DNA of 64,000 nucleotides, taken from the NCBI GenBank assembly GCA_964057225.1, contig OZ059898.1, positions 15,810,001-15,874,000 on the forward strand. The letters run 5' to 3'. Of this stretch, positions 37,001-50,373 are shown piece by piece. The notes beneath the pieces are model-generated. The model saw nothing but the letters and a program-made list of their open reading frames with translations, was not told the DNA's origin and made no database searches. Each line of letters begins with the position of its first letter. The first letter of the stretch is position 1. A program made the position numbers and the translations under genes. This DNA is from Auanema rhodensis. Taxonomy: Eukaryota; Animalia; Nematoda.

Positions 37001-38963
37001 AGGATACAATCATAATTCAGAAGTGTTCATGAAAGAGTGTTAAATCAAGGTTTAGAAGAAGAAGATGATGATGATGATGAGACTGAAGTTGCCTGAAAGA
37101 TCACAAAATATTTTTCTTCACCTTCATTTCTTTATTTTATACAGAGAACTACTAACGGCAGTTTTAGAAGCAAATTTACAAGGAAATGTAAGCAAATAAT
37201 CCAAGCTAATCATTAAAATGAGAACGAAATGCTGTTCCTTTTTTTGCATTTAAATTATCATCTCGAATACCAAATAGTTCCGGATGAGACAAATGAGAGA
37301 ATATAGAGAGAAATAACAATTTTTTGGTTCAGTATGTCCTTTATCTCAGTATTTTTCGGTGATCTGATGAGTTTTATACTTAATTATTTGCTATTCGTAT
37401 AGCAATACAAACGGAAAGGCATGTTTTCTTTTTGACTTTTCAACCAAATTTTAACTTGAACAATGCTTAGAAGTGTGAGCTTTATGATGAAACACTTTTT
37501 TTGCTGAGGCTATGATCAATGAACTCAGAATTTGGCTAAGAACCAACTATATTCTTCCCGTTGGAGTTGCCATACTTCAGTGATGAACTATTGAGTCTAC
37601 TGACCTTTTATGTAATTCTTGGCTCATAAGTAAGAAATCACAAACACATAACTGCACTTCAATTTCTGATTCTTGCAAGTAATCCTTGCTGTTTGAAGGC
37701 TTTGCTTTTCACATGACAAGTTACAACTCATTATTCACAACGATACTTCAAGATGTTTTATATGATATTATGTCACTGTTATTATTTTGTTTTGTTTTTT
37801 TCCAATGCTCTATGTACTTGACAGGTTTCAAGTAGGGGCCACAACTGACTTTTTTCATTTTTTTTTCATGCTTTTCTCCTCTTCTCAACTTTACTCCATT
37901 CTCTACACCTATTTTCCTTTATTCTCAAGTACTTTTATATTCTCTATACCTATTTCCATTGATTAAAAGTTTAAAAACGTCCCTTTTTCTCATTTTAAAT
38001 GAGGTCTTTTTCATTGTTGTATCTATTAAACTTGGAAGCTAAATAATAAGTTTCTATTTAAATTCTTCGAAACAATAACTTGATTTTTTCATTTTCTGAA
38101 TACCTCTATTGTTATATTCTTCTGTATTTACTATATGGCAACAGTTTGTTGCGGCTTCTCTCTAAGTTGAAATATGCCAGTATCACGTCTTTTCCAACAA
38201 TAATCAAAAACTTTAAATTTTGAATGGATTCATTGGATAAGGAGAAACAAAAATTAAAATTTATTTTGGTAAAACCAAGTATTCAACTAGATACACATAG
38301 AGACACATATACAGCCGTCACATATGCACACATATCAAAACATTACTTCGATATAATTGGCTCATAAGCTATTATTTATTATTGTTTTTTTTGATAAATA
38401 GCTCACTCTGATTCACTCGTCATGCTGTCTAAACAAAACTTTCTAACTAGTAGGTGATTGATTATTATGTCATATGTATTTTTCCAAGAATTTCAACGAA
38501 GAAGAAACAAATGAAAATTTAAAAAAATAAATTGGGTCAGTTAGATATTGGAGTCAAACCCCCCTACTATGCTCAACATCTATGTATTTTCCGACCTATA
38601 CATGTTGAAACATTTAATACAAACGTATGTATGTAGCTTTAGAGAGAATAATTCAGACACATGTAAGAATTTCTGTGTTCTCAAAGCATTTTGTCATTTT
38701 TCATTGATAAAAAAACCTAAATATTATGGAAACATCTGATGAGAAAGAACATTGAAAGAGCTCTATGTGATTGAGTCATACCACATTGCTTTGTCTTGTT
38801 CTATGTCTTGTGAAACTTTTTTTCTTATACCGATTCAGAATGCTTTTTGAATTGAAAATGAATGACAACGTATCGAAAGCAATAATCGGAAATAAAATGA
38901 CATCAACTGAAGGAAATAACATAATAATATATAAAAGTGTAAAAGCTTAAGAAAAGATGAGAA

Positions 38964-38967
<4 letters not shown>

Positions 38968-39005
<38 letters not shown>
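38968..39005. repeat. (GA)n microsatellite
   Basis: Perfect dinucleotide run. Confidence 0.97.
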
Positions 39006-39008
<3 letters not shown>

Positions 39009-39992
39009 TGCTTAGATATGGTGTCAATTACAAGGAAAAGGTGCGAATTCAACCGATCTTTAAATCTTCACGTTTAAATGAAGTCACGCGGAAAAATACA
39101 CGCACACTTATAATTTCACGTGAGTACTTGAACACTCTCAAAAGAAATACTCGTCTGCATCTAATTAGTCATTTGAAACGATGCTTAAAAGTTCAGTTAA
39201 CGGAGTAATGTATTCAAAATTTCAAAAATATTTCAAAGCGTTAAGGTAGGCGTATTTATTTCTTTTCTATTGTTTCTTTCATTCAAATCTTTGAAGATAG
39301 TTGATCTCTTTCCACTTCACCGATTTTCTGGCTTTTCATAAATGAAGGCTATTTGTCCATTTTTGAACCTCAACATTTGCTCTTCTAATTCTTTAGAATT
39401 AATTGATCTTTGCCATATATTCTATTTGTTGTCTCATAATGTTTTAACTTATTCCTACATTTTTATAGGCTTAATGTTACCAAAAGCAAAGAAATTCTCA
39501 ATTTTCAAAACGGGTGGGCGTAAAAGAAAGATCGAGACGATTTTTCCCCATAATAATACTCTACTCTTTCACTTAAATGAAACTAATCACTTGTGAAATA
39601 GCCTCAAAATAAGTTGTGTGAACATCATTTTTAATTTTTTTACTTTTCCGTCTTTTAATATTGTTATTTACTATTTAACAGAAAGAAAAAGAATCCAGGA
39701 CATTCCTAATCTAAAGGGAAAATAGGTGAAAAAAGAGTCAATGAGATTTGTTGTCTTTCTCAATTATTTTCTTCTTGATAGTCAGAAGAGAAAAAAAAGA
39801 AAAAAAGCAAACAAGGAGCAACAAACTAAAATAATAACTCTAAGCATTTCTTATTTGGATCTGTTACGCTATTTTTATTTTTTTCGTTTCTCTTCTTTCA
39901 CAGTCACTCTATATAGGAAATGAAAGTATTGTCGTTTCTACAAAAGGAAATAGGTGTGTTTATGTGTGTTCCATCTGGAAAGAAGGAGTGGA

Positions 39993-39994
<2 letters not shown>

Positions 39995-40079
<85 letters not shown>
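39995..40079. repeat. (AG)n microsatellite, about 42 units
   Basis: Perfect dinucleotide run; explains the ERER/SLSL ORFs in the track. Confidence 0.97.
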
Positions 40080-40082
<3 letters not shown>

Positions 40083-41101
40083 AAAAACGGTCCTATGGGT
40101 TTCATTCGTATCTCTAGTTTTCTTTTAAATGCAGCTTTAAATTTTTTATTCTTATTTTTACAATTTTTGTATTTTTTATAATGGAAAATCTTTTTTTTTA
40201 TTGGTTCAAAGATCTTGTTAACTATCTTCCATTTCATATAATCCTTCCTGTTGTGTTTCCCTCAAATCCATTAGTTTCTATTGTGCCTATCGAGAATATT
40301 TTCTTCCGAAAAAGCTGAAATAGAATTAAATAGATATTTTTGATAACTTTATCTCTATTTTTAGAAATGTATTGTGTTTTTGCTATAATCACTTACAATT
40401 GTTTCATGTTATCCCAATAATTTTTTGTAATTTTCAATTTTCTCAGCCAACAAATCACTGATCAATCCCAAAAAAGAAAGTCTAATATATACATCTTTGC
40501 ACTAACTATATACATATAAATATATAAAATATACATACTTAACTATCTAAATAAATACATCAAATTCCGTTTCTCAAGTACATTTTTAAATAATTCTTCT
40601 AGTAGACGTTTATAAATAAATCTGAATATTCTCGTATGGTATAACTCAATCAAACTTTAAAGTGTTGAAAGCTGCCATGTTATGTTACTTCAAACGTTTC
40701 TTAAAATTATCTGAGCAACAACACAAACACATATGTATTTGTTATTTGAATTTCTAAAGTATATCTGCAGTTCTATGCAATTTATGTTGCAAAAAATAAG
40801 TAAAATTGGTTTCAAACTTATCTCACCGTTTGTTATTTGAACTTTTCCCTCAAACATGTATATATTTGTTTCGGTGTGAAAAAAATATAAAATTTTTTTG
40901 TCATTTTTTTGTTTCCAGAATTGACAGAAATGAAAGCTGTTCGCAGCTTTAAAAAATCTTTTATTATATCTTGCTTACTATAACTATAGACATACATATA
41001 TGTATATGAACGTATTTTGAATGATTTTTTCTAAAATTCGTATTAGAATGTCTTTTCTTCAAATATGAATTAGGTATTTTCATGTTATATACTATATACT
41101 A

Positions 41102-41104
<3 letters not shown>

Positions 41105-41133
<29 letters not shown>
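41105..41133. repeat. (AT)n microsatellite
   Basis: Dinucleotide run. Confidence 0.9.
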
Positions 41134-41136
<3 letters not shown>

Positions 41137-43290
41137 TATATAGTATATATATGTATGTATATCTTCTTATATTAATTATCAAAAGATAAATAAAAAATAA
41201 ATAAGATAAGGTTATAAGCTGTTTCGTATGTTTTAAAAGAAAAAAACTTAAAAACATTGGAAAAAAAAGCTACTCATGCTCACACTTGCTGAGGAAATGG
41301 AAAATTTCGTGAGTTTGCCATAAAACTATTTCATGCTTCAGCCATGGAGGGTGTTTATTACGACCCAGAAGGAAGGAAAATCATTTCTGGCTATTTTCAC
41401 ACTTTATTAACTTTCAGAACATAATTTTTTCTTTTTGCTCCTAATATTCATTTCTAATTTCTTTTCCAACATTTCAATTAGAAATTGAACAATCCGAATA
41501 TAGCATAACAACACATTTTCACTTTTGTGCTCACGTTAATGAATTTTCCATTGATCCTTGAGTCTTCTAAACATCTACTCAATTACTCTTTCTCTTCATA
41601 CTCAAAAGAATAGGAGAAGTAGAAAGATTCCACTTTCTTATCCTTTTATTCCCTCTCATACGCCCTATAGGCTCTCTAGGCTGTTACCCTTTGAGTCTTA
41701 CGCTTTCTGTTAAATCGTTTCACTTGGTTAGACAATACTATATATATAATATATATTATGTGATGACGACAAAGCTCATGTAAGACGATGCTCTGACCTT
41801 TAAAGAATTTAAAAGAAAATGGTTTTGCAAGACTGAAAAAAAACACGAAAACCTAGGTTTATACTATATGTATAATCTTATTTTGTTATTATTATTTATG
41901 AGATATTTATATAATACATACATATATACATATATACGAACATCTAGCTAACTATTAACTAATAATTATTCCAATGAAGTTATATAAAATATATTTTTTA
42001 CTATTTTCCTATAAATTATATAAATCTATATTCAGAATAATTAATTTTCAATTATTTTTTATTCTATATTATGTATTTTTGACAAATATACATATGTATA
42101 TATATATATATATATATGTATATATTATATAATTAACTCACTATTTACTACAATTTAATTATAATATATATGTATGTATATTAGAAAGTAATATGTTAAA
42201 AATTCATTTTATCTAATTTATTTTCATTTTTATTGAATGGCAAAGCAGTACTTTTCTATTTTTCTTTTTTTCTTATGAAGCGAAGAAGTGAGGTCGAGTG
42301 AGTAGAAAACAGAAAAAAGATAACTGAACGGCTACAATGAAGACAGACACTAGAATCAGAAGTTGAAAAACAGAGAGATGACGATGTCAAAGAAACTTCA
42401 GAGTACTTTCACTTAAACAAATTGTCACCATTATTTCAATTATGATAATGAGAAATCTGAATGTAGGGAAAACATGCTTCGTTGTATAAGTGTTGTCCAG
42501 ACGTCCGACAAGAGATAAGGAGGAAAGGCAAGTGGGTGGGTGTCAGGAAAAGAATTGAGACAGCTTTAGATGAGGTGGGCAACTCTATACGCTAACTTCA
42601 CTACATCCATGACAGCAGTTTTCATTTTCTGTTCTCCGTTTGTCGCACAGAGAAACGTCAGGCAAGGGTGGATTCACGTGTCCAGCGATTCCTGTTGCGG
42701 CTGCTCCTCCTCCTCGTCAGCGACAAATTGAACAGCCGAAACTGAGAATTTATCTTTCTTCAGAATTGAATTAGCTTCTGATGTATGGTTCTTGTTCATT
42801 TTTTTTATATTCACACAACTTCTGTTATTTTGATCGAAATTGCAAGAAAAACACCTAAAACAAACTATAAATGTTCAATGGTTCATTTTTTTATTTTTTC
42901 CTTCTTTTCACTGTCCACGCTCGTAATCTACATCTCTAGTCAATCAGTCAGCCTACGCCATATAATCATAATCATTCTTTCGTTTTCCATTTGCATATGT
43001 AGACAGTTTTCAATTATCTTGTCGTTCTCACTTTCAGCAGCTTCCGGGTCTCATTTGAATAAGCTTGGCAAAGTTTCTGCTTTATAGCTCTACACAGCTT
43101 ACATCCTTCTTGAACTATGTTGTCCAAATTTAGAGTATAAAAAAAATAATATTTTTGTTGTTGACCTTGAGTAGTAAATTTAATTTTAGTTGTTTACTTT
43201 CATTGTTTCATTCAAGTTCTCATATTAACTTTGGCTATATAGTCAAATTACATGAACACCATGACACCTACATGGAGATAGATAGAGGAA

Positions 43291-43321
43291 GAGAGAGTGA
43301 GAGAGAGAGCGAGAGAGAGAG

Positions 43322-43390
<69 letters not shown>
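43291..43390. repeat. (GA)n microsatellite, imperfect at the 5' end
   Basis: About 100-nt GA run with GT/GC interruptions. Confidence 0.97.
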
Positions 43391-43393
<3 letters not shown>

Positions 43394-46356
43394 GCTATAT
43401 CTTATATATTTCGGTATCGTTATGTTTTTTATTTTAAATTTTACAAAGTAAAATCCTTTTTCACTTATTTTTTCGTAGCTTCATCCTGAGAGAAAACCAA
43501 CTTTCTTGATTAAAAAAATAGATGTGGATGCTGATGACAAGAACATGTAGCTCGTGGATGGTGCTCATGAATTCAAACTGATAAACCAGCTTTCCGTGTT
43601 TTATCACATTTATTTTTTCTTGTTTACTATATATTTGGTTGAATTTAAGAAAGAAAAACTAGAAAGGATATATTCATACGCACGATATCGTTGCAGAAGA
43701 TGAATTGAATATCATATACCAGTATCTCTAGCATGAACGGAGAGCTGGTAATCAAGCTTCATGTTCAGTTTTGCTATTTCCTTGTATAGTGAAAATATTT
43801 TTTTTGTTCGGAAAAAATGGACACAAATGAAGTTTCAAAGTTATATCCATGTTCAATGATTATATATTATGAGGATTGTCGTCAACGATAACACGTTTCA
43901 GAACTGAGTTTCGTGCCATTTTTTCGTTTTATTTTGAAGTTTTTTACTTGAAAATAATATAATTTACTTAGTTAATAATCTTTTAAACTTAACGTTGTAT
44001 ATGTAATCTTATTGTGTATGAGCATTACCTTCCTTCTATTTTTTCCGGTGAAATTGAAAAAAGGACTTGTGCTCTTGCTCACTTAGCATTGATCTTGTGG
44101 GTGTAAGCTTGTGATTTCTTTTCTCTTAATATAATATAATCAACATGTTTCTGAGTTCATAAGGAAGTGTACCCATCTTTCCTTCATTGTGTATATAGCC
44201 GATGTCACATTTCTTTTTTTTTAAAGAAAATACTTCTCTTGAAAAAACATAAGAACATCATGCTATGCTTGATAAATATAGAAGCTTTACCTTCATCCCT
44301 ACTCCCATTTCCTCGGCAAACTACTCATAGAACATTCTACGAGATACACATTTCAACTCCAGCACAAGTCATTTCTGACAAATTCTTCATTCTATCCAAC
44401 ATCGTAAGGTCAAGAATCTAATTTGAACTCCAATAACTTATTTACATAGCTAATGTCTGTATTTTGCGGAAAAAATAGTTTTTATGACAACACGATGTCA
44501 GACTTCGAATTTTCGGTTCTTTAAGCTATCATGTGCCGTCGCCTTTTTTGTCTTTTCATCATTAAATTTCCCCTCATGAGTACCAATGTTAGGCTGCGGT
44601 CATCACTTTAGGCTTAAATCAGGTTGTATCAACAGCTATGTGCTTGTTCTTGCCGGACATATAAAGCTATATAATAGATTTCTGAAAGATTTATCTCAGC
44701 TTAATTTCGTTTTGAATGACAAATTATCTGGTTAAACTGAAATTTGTCGATTTTTTCTCTAATTCGTATGTCTTTTTACGTTTTTTTGTGTTCAAAAAAA
44801 AGAAAAAATTCTATATATGTACATACAATCCTCCCATCTCCGTCAAATTCTACTTCCCCTGCCTGATCAGAATACAACGTTTTATGTGGGTAATATGTTA
44901 TAATTACATCTTTAATAGTTATATAAAATATAATGAATTTATATTTTACTATCTTATTTCAATATATTTTAACTATTATTAACACTTCTAGATGTATATA
45001 TATATATATATATATTATATTTAATATTTGTCATCGTATTATTATAAGTAGAGAGAAGTTAAAAGAGGTATGTATGACGGTAGCCTAAAAATTATAATAA
45101 TCATATTTTTCTTTATGCTTCAGGTTTCTCTCTCTATTCCTCTTTTTATCTCTCTCTCTTTCTTTGTCTCTCTTTCTTTTATTCGGTCTCTTGTACTCGT
45201 TTTCTTTCTTTCATTCTTTGTCCTACCTTGTTGATTTCTATTAGTATTTTCTTGACTACCTCTTTTATTGTACTAAACATGGACCCAATTAGGTGAGCAA
45301 GAACAAAAAATATATTTATAGTACCTTCACTACATCAATTGATTTCTATTCAGATCTTTTTGCAAGAAAAAAAGCTGAAAATCATTTCATGTCCCTCTTC
45401 TTTTGCAAGAATATTATATGAAAATTTGAAAATAAGCTCACTGATTATTATATGAGAAATGTTTTTTTCCTATTTTTAACTACACAATGAGTTCGAGTAA
45501 CAGATCTGACACAAAGAACTGAAATATGAGATATGAGAAGTGATCAAGCGGTCTTTGGAACTTTCAATCAAAAATAAGGCAATAAGTTGAAAATACATGG
45601 TGTGTAAACGGCCGATTAAGCTATAGTGTTGAGAGTGAAAGTACGACAGACTTTTGATGATCCGAAATACTATAATTTAGCATGTTCATCCTATAATAGT
45701 TTCGAGAAATGTTCCATAAACATCGGGATTTTAGTAAAAATGTTGCGGAACATGAGGAGTTTAATGTACCTCCTGTCTTCATTGAACTAACTCTATTCTC
45801 TCCTTTTCTCTATATATCATTGACAGTTTATTGTTTTTCTTGATTTCAAAGCATGTTCACTGTTTTCATTTTCTCTGTCGAACTACCTGAACCCTGGGCG
45901 GACCATTCGCTTTGTCATCAGACGACAACGCAAAGCTAGTGCTGAGAAACACGAAGCCTCCATCAACAGGGTCTGGGTCTATCCCAAAATTCTTACACCA
46001 TTTGCTACCACAAACGTTTATTGAATTTTCCAAAATAATTTCAAAAAGATGATTCAAATTGCATTCTGGTTATTGCTATCAAACTCCGCCTAACAGCAAC
46101 TGATAGTTTTTTTTAGTTTTCTCAATGTTTATCGCTTTATGTACTACTAAAGTATCTATTATAATCTTTGTAATCTCTGTTACTTAGACTTAAGTTTATA
46201 CCTTTGTTCGTATCTTATATCATTATAAATCAGAATAAGTTGTAATATTTAATCGTTTTCTAATTCTTATACATCTTTTCATTATATTCTTCGTTTAATT
46301 CTGTTATTCTTATCTTCTTTTTGCTATTAATTTACATAATATTCTCAGATGCTCCT

Positions 46357-46761
46357 ATGAGTGAGCCAGCCTTACTTAATCCTAGTGACCAAAATGATCA
46401 ACATGAAGACGGGTATGACTGTTTCGATTTAATATTTTCTATAAATTTTACATTTCCTCTCGTTTCTTATTGGTTTTTCAAAAACAAAACTTCTGAATAC
46501 TTTGATATTCTATAAATTCAAGCAAAACAAATTTGAAATAGTCGAACTAAATCTAGAAAATACAAAGAAAAAAGGAGAATAATGTGTTTTTCAGATATGA
46601 ATATCTTACTGGATTACCGGACGAAGATGGTGTCGTTAAGTATACATATTGTTGTCGACGAGTACACGTCGTGGTAAGTTAATTATGTTATATAACAAAA
46701 TACTTTTGTTTAATAAATATATTTATATTAAATTAAATATAATTATATAGATATATATAGA

Positions 46762-46814
<53 letters not shown>

Positions 46815-48443
46815 CACATTATAATACATTATACTTATTGATTTTGTTTATCAGGTTATGACGAAGATTATCAGTGTCCTCAGCATTCCGTTCTATTTGG
46901 CTGTTACTATGTTTATATGGCATTTTGGAAATGAACTGGCCTTCTTATTTACTGCTATAATAATTGGTCAGTGATAATACATAAATATATGTATATGCTA
47001 GAGTATAACTATGTGTGTGTGTGTGAGTATGTGTGAGTATGACTGTATGTGATGTATATATTCATGATGCTATATGTATTCTGGCTCATCCTATGTAATA
47101 CTGATGTTTTTTTCTTCTTTTTTTTTTGAATCTAAAAGAAAAAGACAACACAAAATAGGGAAGAAGTAGAAAGAAGAGAAGGAAGAACGAAAAAATTAAA
47201 TTGTGGAAAATGATACTTAAACATAGATATTGCATACATACAGATATATGTATGTATGTATGCACATCAATATACATAGATCCAACATATGCTTTTATTC
47301 AAGTTTTAACTTTATTCCAGCATTGTTTAGCTGATATAATCAAGATGAACAAGCATACTTTAGTAATTGAAAAATATCGATGTTAACTAACTAATTGTTG
47401 CTATTTATTTAATTACAACGAGGAAACAACATGATTTTGCTGTCATCGTACTAAGAAACCTATTCTTCAATCTTAAATATTATGTTTGAAAGTCTAACTC
47501 AATTTCACTTTACGCATCTTGAGAAATAAACTAATAAATCCTAATCTTTAAAGCAATTTAATGTGTTCTTTGAATACAAAATAAAGAAAAAAATGAGTTT
47601 TCATATCAATGATGTTTTCTTGCTTTTTTCAAAGATCAACAATCAAGCAACAGTTGCTCATTCAACATATAATACAACATACAAAAAACACTCATTTATA
47701 TGAAAAAATGAGAATTTTTTGATTTAATTCTATTTGTTCTCTTGTATATTTTAATTTTTTTGTTTCGTTTGCAGGATCTGTCATAATATTCACCATACAT
47801 GGAGCGTTTAAGGGCAAAAAGATGTGTCTCATTCCATATATCTTCCTTCAGGTATTATTATTATCAAGTTTAACGTATTAATATATGTTTTTTTAAATTA
47901 TTTATAGACATTATTTGTTATATATGATATAGTATTGGTAGGAATTTGCATATATGGTTCGATTAACCGTCAAAGCTTTCTGGCACAAATAGTAGAAGCA
48001 GAGATCAGTCGAATAGCTGGTTTTCATTCCCACATAGGTTTGTTCGTTTTATCTCACAATAGAAGTACTTATAAAGAAAAAAGAGAAAAAGAGAGAGTGG
48101 GAGAGAGAGAAGCATGTCCTTTCCCTTTAAAGCATTAAACTTTAATTCTGTTACTTAAACAATCCAATACTTAAACTTTTCCATCCATCAAAACATCATC
48201 ATAGAAAGTTTTATTTTTTCTATATATGTACATACATAATTATTTTCAGGATTGTTAATATTAGCATTGATATTAACAATATTTTTACTTCCATTGGTTT
48301 GGACTATTCATGTAGTTTATTTGGATTTTCTATTTATTGCTGAAGTGGATGAAATGCTTGATTATATTCGTGAAGTAAATGAGAATTGCTCCAAAGACGA
48401 TAGCTCACCTACAACTGCTGCAGCTAAGATTAATAATTTTTAA
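46357..48443 (+). CDS. Nematode four-TM protein with an N-terminal YxYCCxxxHV motif (LAPTM-like fold by inference); 6 exons
   Basis: Phase-consistent exons: MSEPALLNP...EDG|YEYLTG...YTYCCRRVHVV|VMTKIISVLSIPF...|SVIIFTIHGAFKGKKMCLIPYIFLQ|TLFVIY...|LLILALILTIFLLPLVWTIHVVYLDFLFI. An additional upstream exon is possible. Confidence 0.8.
46766..46810. repeat. (TA)n microsatellite (intronic)
   Basis: Dinucleotide run. Confidence 0.9.
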
Positions 48444-49075
48444 GAATAAATTGAAATCTTTTGTGGTTTATTCATGCCGGTTCTCTGTTTTCTTCTCATT
48501 TTTTATTATTATTATATATTTCATTTTTATGCTTTATCTATCTGAATACATGCTTGTACCTATTCTGTAAAAACGTGTTCATTTCATTTTCAGTATTCTT
48601 CTCTCATATATTTTTATTGTTTTTTCTCTCTATATAGAATTTAAATTCTATATTCTTTCTCTCTCTTTCCCCCCTCTCTCTCTCTCTCCCTCTCTCTCTC
48701 TCTCTTTCTTTCTTTTCCAAATAGAAGCTTGTTTTTAAAATAATTTTTTTTGTCCAAAATGCTGTTTCGCATTATCTTGATCGTGCCTCATATCTGTTTC
48801 TTCTGAAATGTGCCTCTGCTTACTGCAATTGAATTTAACCAAGAATTGTTTAAAAAAAGCTTTTTTTTCGCGGGTATGAACGAGTTTAGTTCAATAAATA
48901 ATTTTTTTTTTTGAATTAAATAATTAGCTTTCATGTGCATATAGTATATAGTTAAATATTTTATAAAACAAGTAATTTATCACTGTTTTCGTTTATATGA
49001 TATATCATAATTAGTATATTATATATGATAAATGAATAGCGTGAAGTTTACCACGTATTTATTTTAAATATAAAC

Positions 49076-49077
<2 letters not shown>

Positions 49078-49109
<32 letters not shown>
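49078..49109. repeat. (AT)n microsatellite
   Basis: Dinucleotide run. Confidence 0.9.
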
Positions 49110-49111
<2 letters not shown>

Positions 49112-49443
49112 TATTTATTCTAATAATAGTTATTATTCTAAAAGAATATTTAATATTAAATTGAGAAAACGATAACTATGCTATACATATGGAGGGATGA
49201 ACTTGTCATCAAGTTTTCAATTATATAATCAATATATGAAAAATATCTTTAGAAGAGTTGGAGGTAAAAAAAGGATCAAAATCAGAATAAAAACCTGAAA
49301 TAGATAGAGCTTTCTCTCAAATTATTAATAGATTATCTCTGGTAAGGATTAACTAACTCATACACGTGTATATAGAATAATTTACACATATATAGAGATA
49401 TTCACTACTTTAGATATAATAAAAATTATTTTATTCTAAAGAT

Positions 49444-50180
49444 ATGTTGTTGAATTATTTTTATATTACTATACTATTAAGTTTATATGTTTATGCTAAT
49501 ACTGATTCTAGAGGTATAATCATTTTATTATTATTTTGAAAATATTCTTATCAAATATCATTTTAGATGAATTTATAAATGAAATAACAGATGGTTCTTA
49601 TACTAATGTTGATGATGATGATGATGGAGGTTATTATCAAAAAAAATTTATTTAAATTCAAATATTCATTTAAGGTTTTTCAGCTTCATCTTTTATGAAA
49701 GCTATAATAATGGGCTTGATTGAAGCTCAATATCCGGTACAGTACTACTAATATTTAGTTTTTTTTTTAAATAAACAAGCTAATAACTCAGAATTTTGAT
49801 TCAAATGGAGATGGTGGCATAGATGAATCTGAACTATCAGTTATTCGAAATATGATACCGATTGATTCAGCATTAGTATCTAAGATGAATATTGTAAATT
49901 ATGATGAAAATCGTGATTTTAAATTAAGTATTGAAGGCAAGTCATATCAAATTATCGAATTTTAAAATAAAAATTTTGTTTTAGAATTCAAAGTTATGGT
50001 TGAAAATAATATGGAAGAGTTTGTTGAAGCTATGCAAGCATACTATGAAGCACGTGTTGGAGAGAATGGTTAGTAATAAGTTTTTGAAAAATGTGTTGTT
50101 TAAAAGATGTTTCAGCTGTAACAGATAATGGAGAATCAAATGAAGAAATGAAAGAAATACCAGAAAAAACTGAGCTTTGA
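49444..50180 (+). CDS. Small acidic signal-peptide protein with two EF-hands and C-terminal KTEL; 6 exons, one GC-AG intron
   Basis: MLLNYFYITILLSLYVYA signal; loops DSNGDGGIDESE and DENRDFKLSIEE; ends PEKTEL*. Missed by the ORF track. Confidence 0.8.
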
Positions 50181-50373
50181 TGAAGAGAATACGTGATAAT
50201 TATTATAATTAATTTTATATAAATTATTTATAAATCAATTAAAAATATTTTCAAACGTTTACTATTCTACATTAACATTGTTGTTCCTGAAAAATAAACA
50301 ATACAGACAACTCAATGTTTATACTTGTTGAAAAGTTGAATATAAAAAAAATGGTTGAAGTTAAAGAAAAGGT

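Noticed and set aside
38957-43451. ORFs containing ERERER or SLSLSL
   Set aside because: Translations of (GA)n microsatellites.
45279-45292. ATGGACCCAATTAG|GTGAGC as a coding first exon of the 4-TM gene
   Set aside because: Phase 2 gives early stops with both downstream acceptors tested.
45900-45925. Minus-strand CTGATGA...GAA as a hammerhead ribozyme
   Set aside because: Stem II cannot form and the GAAA/NUH geometry is missing.
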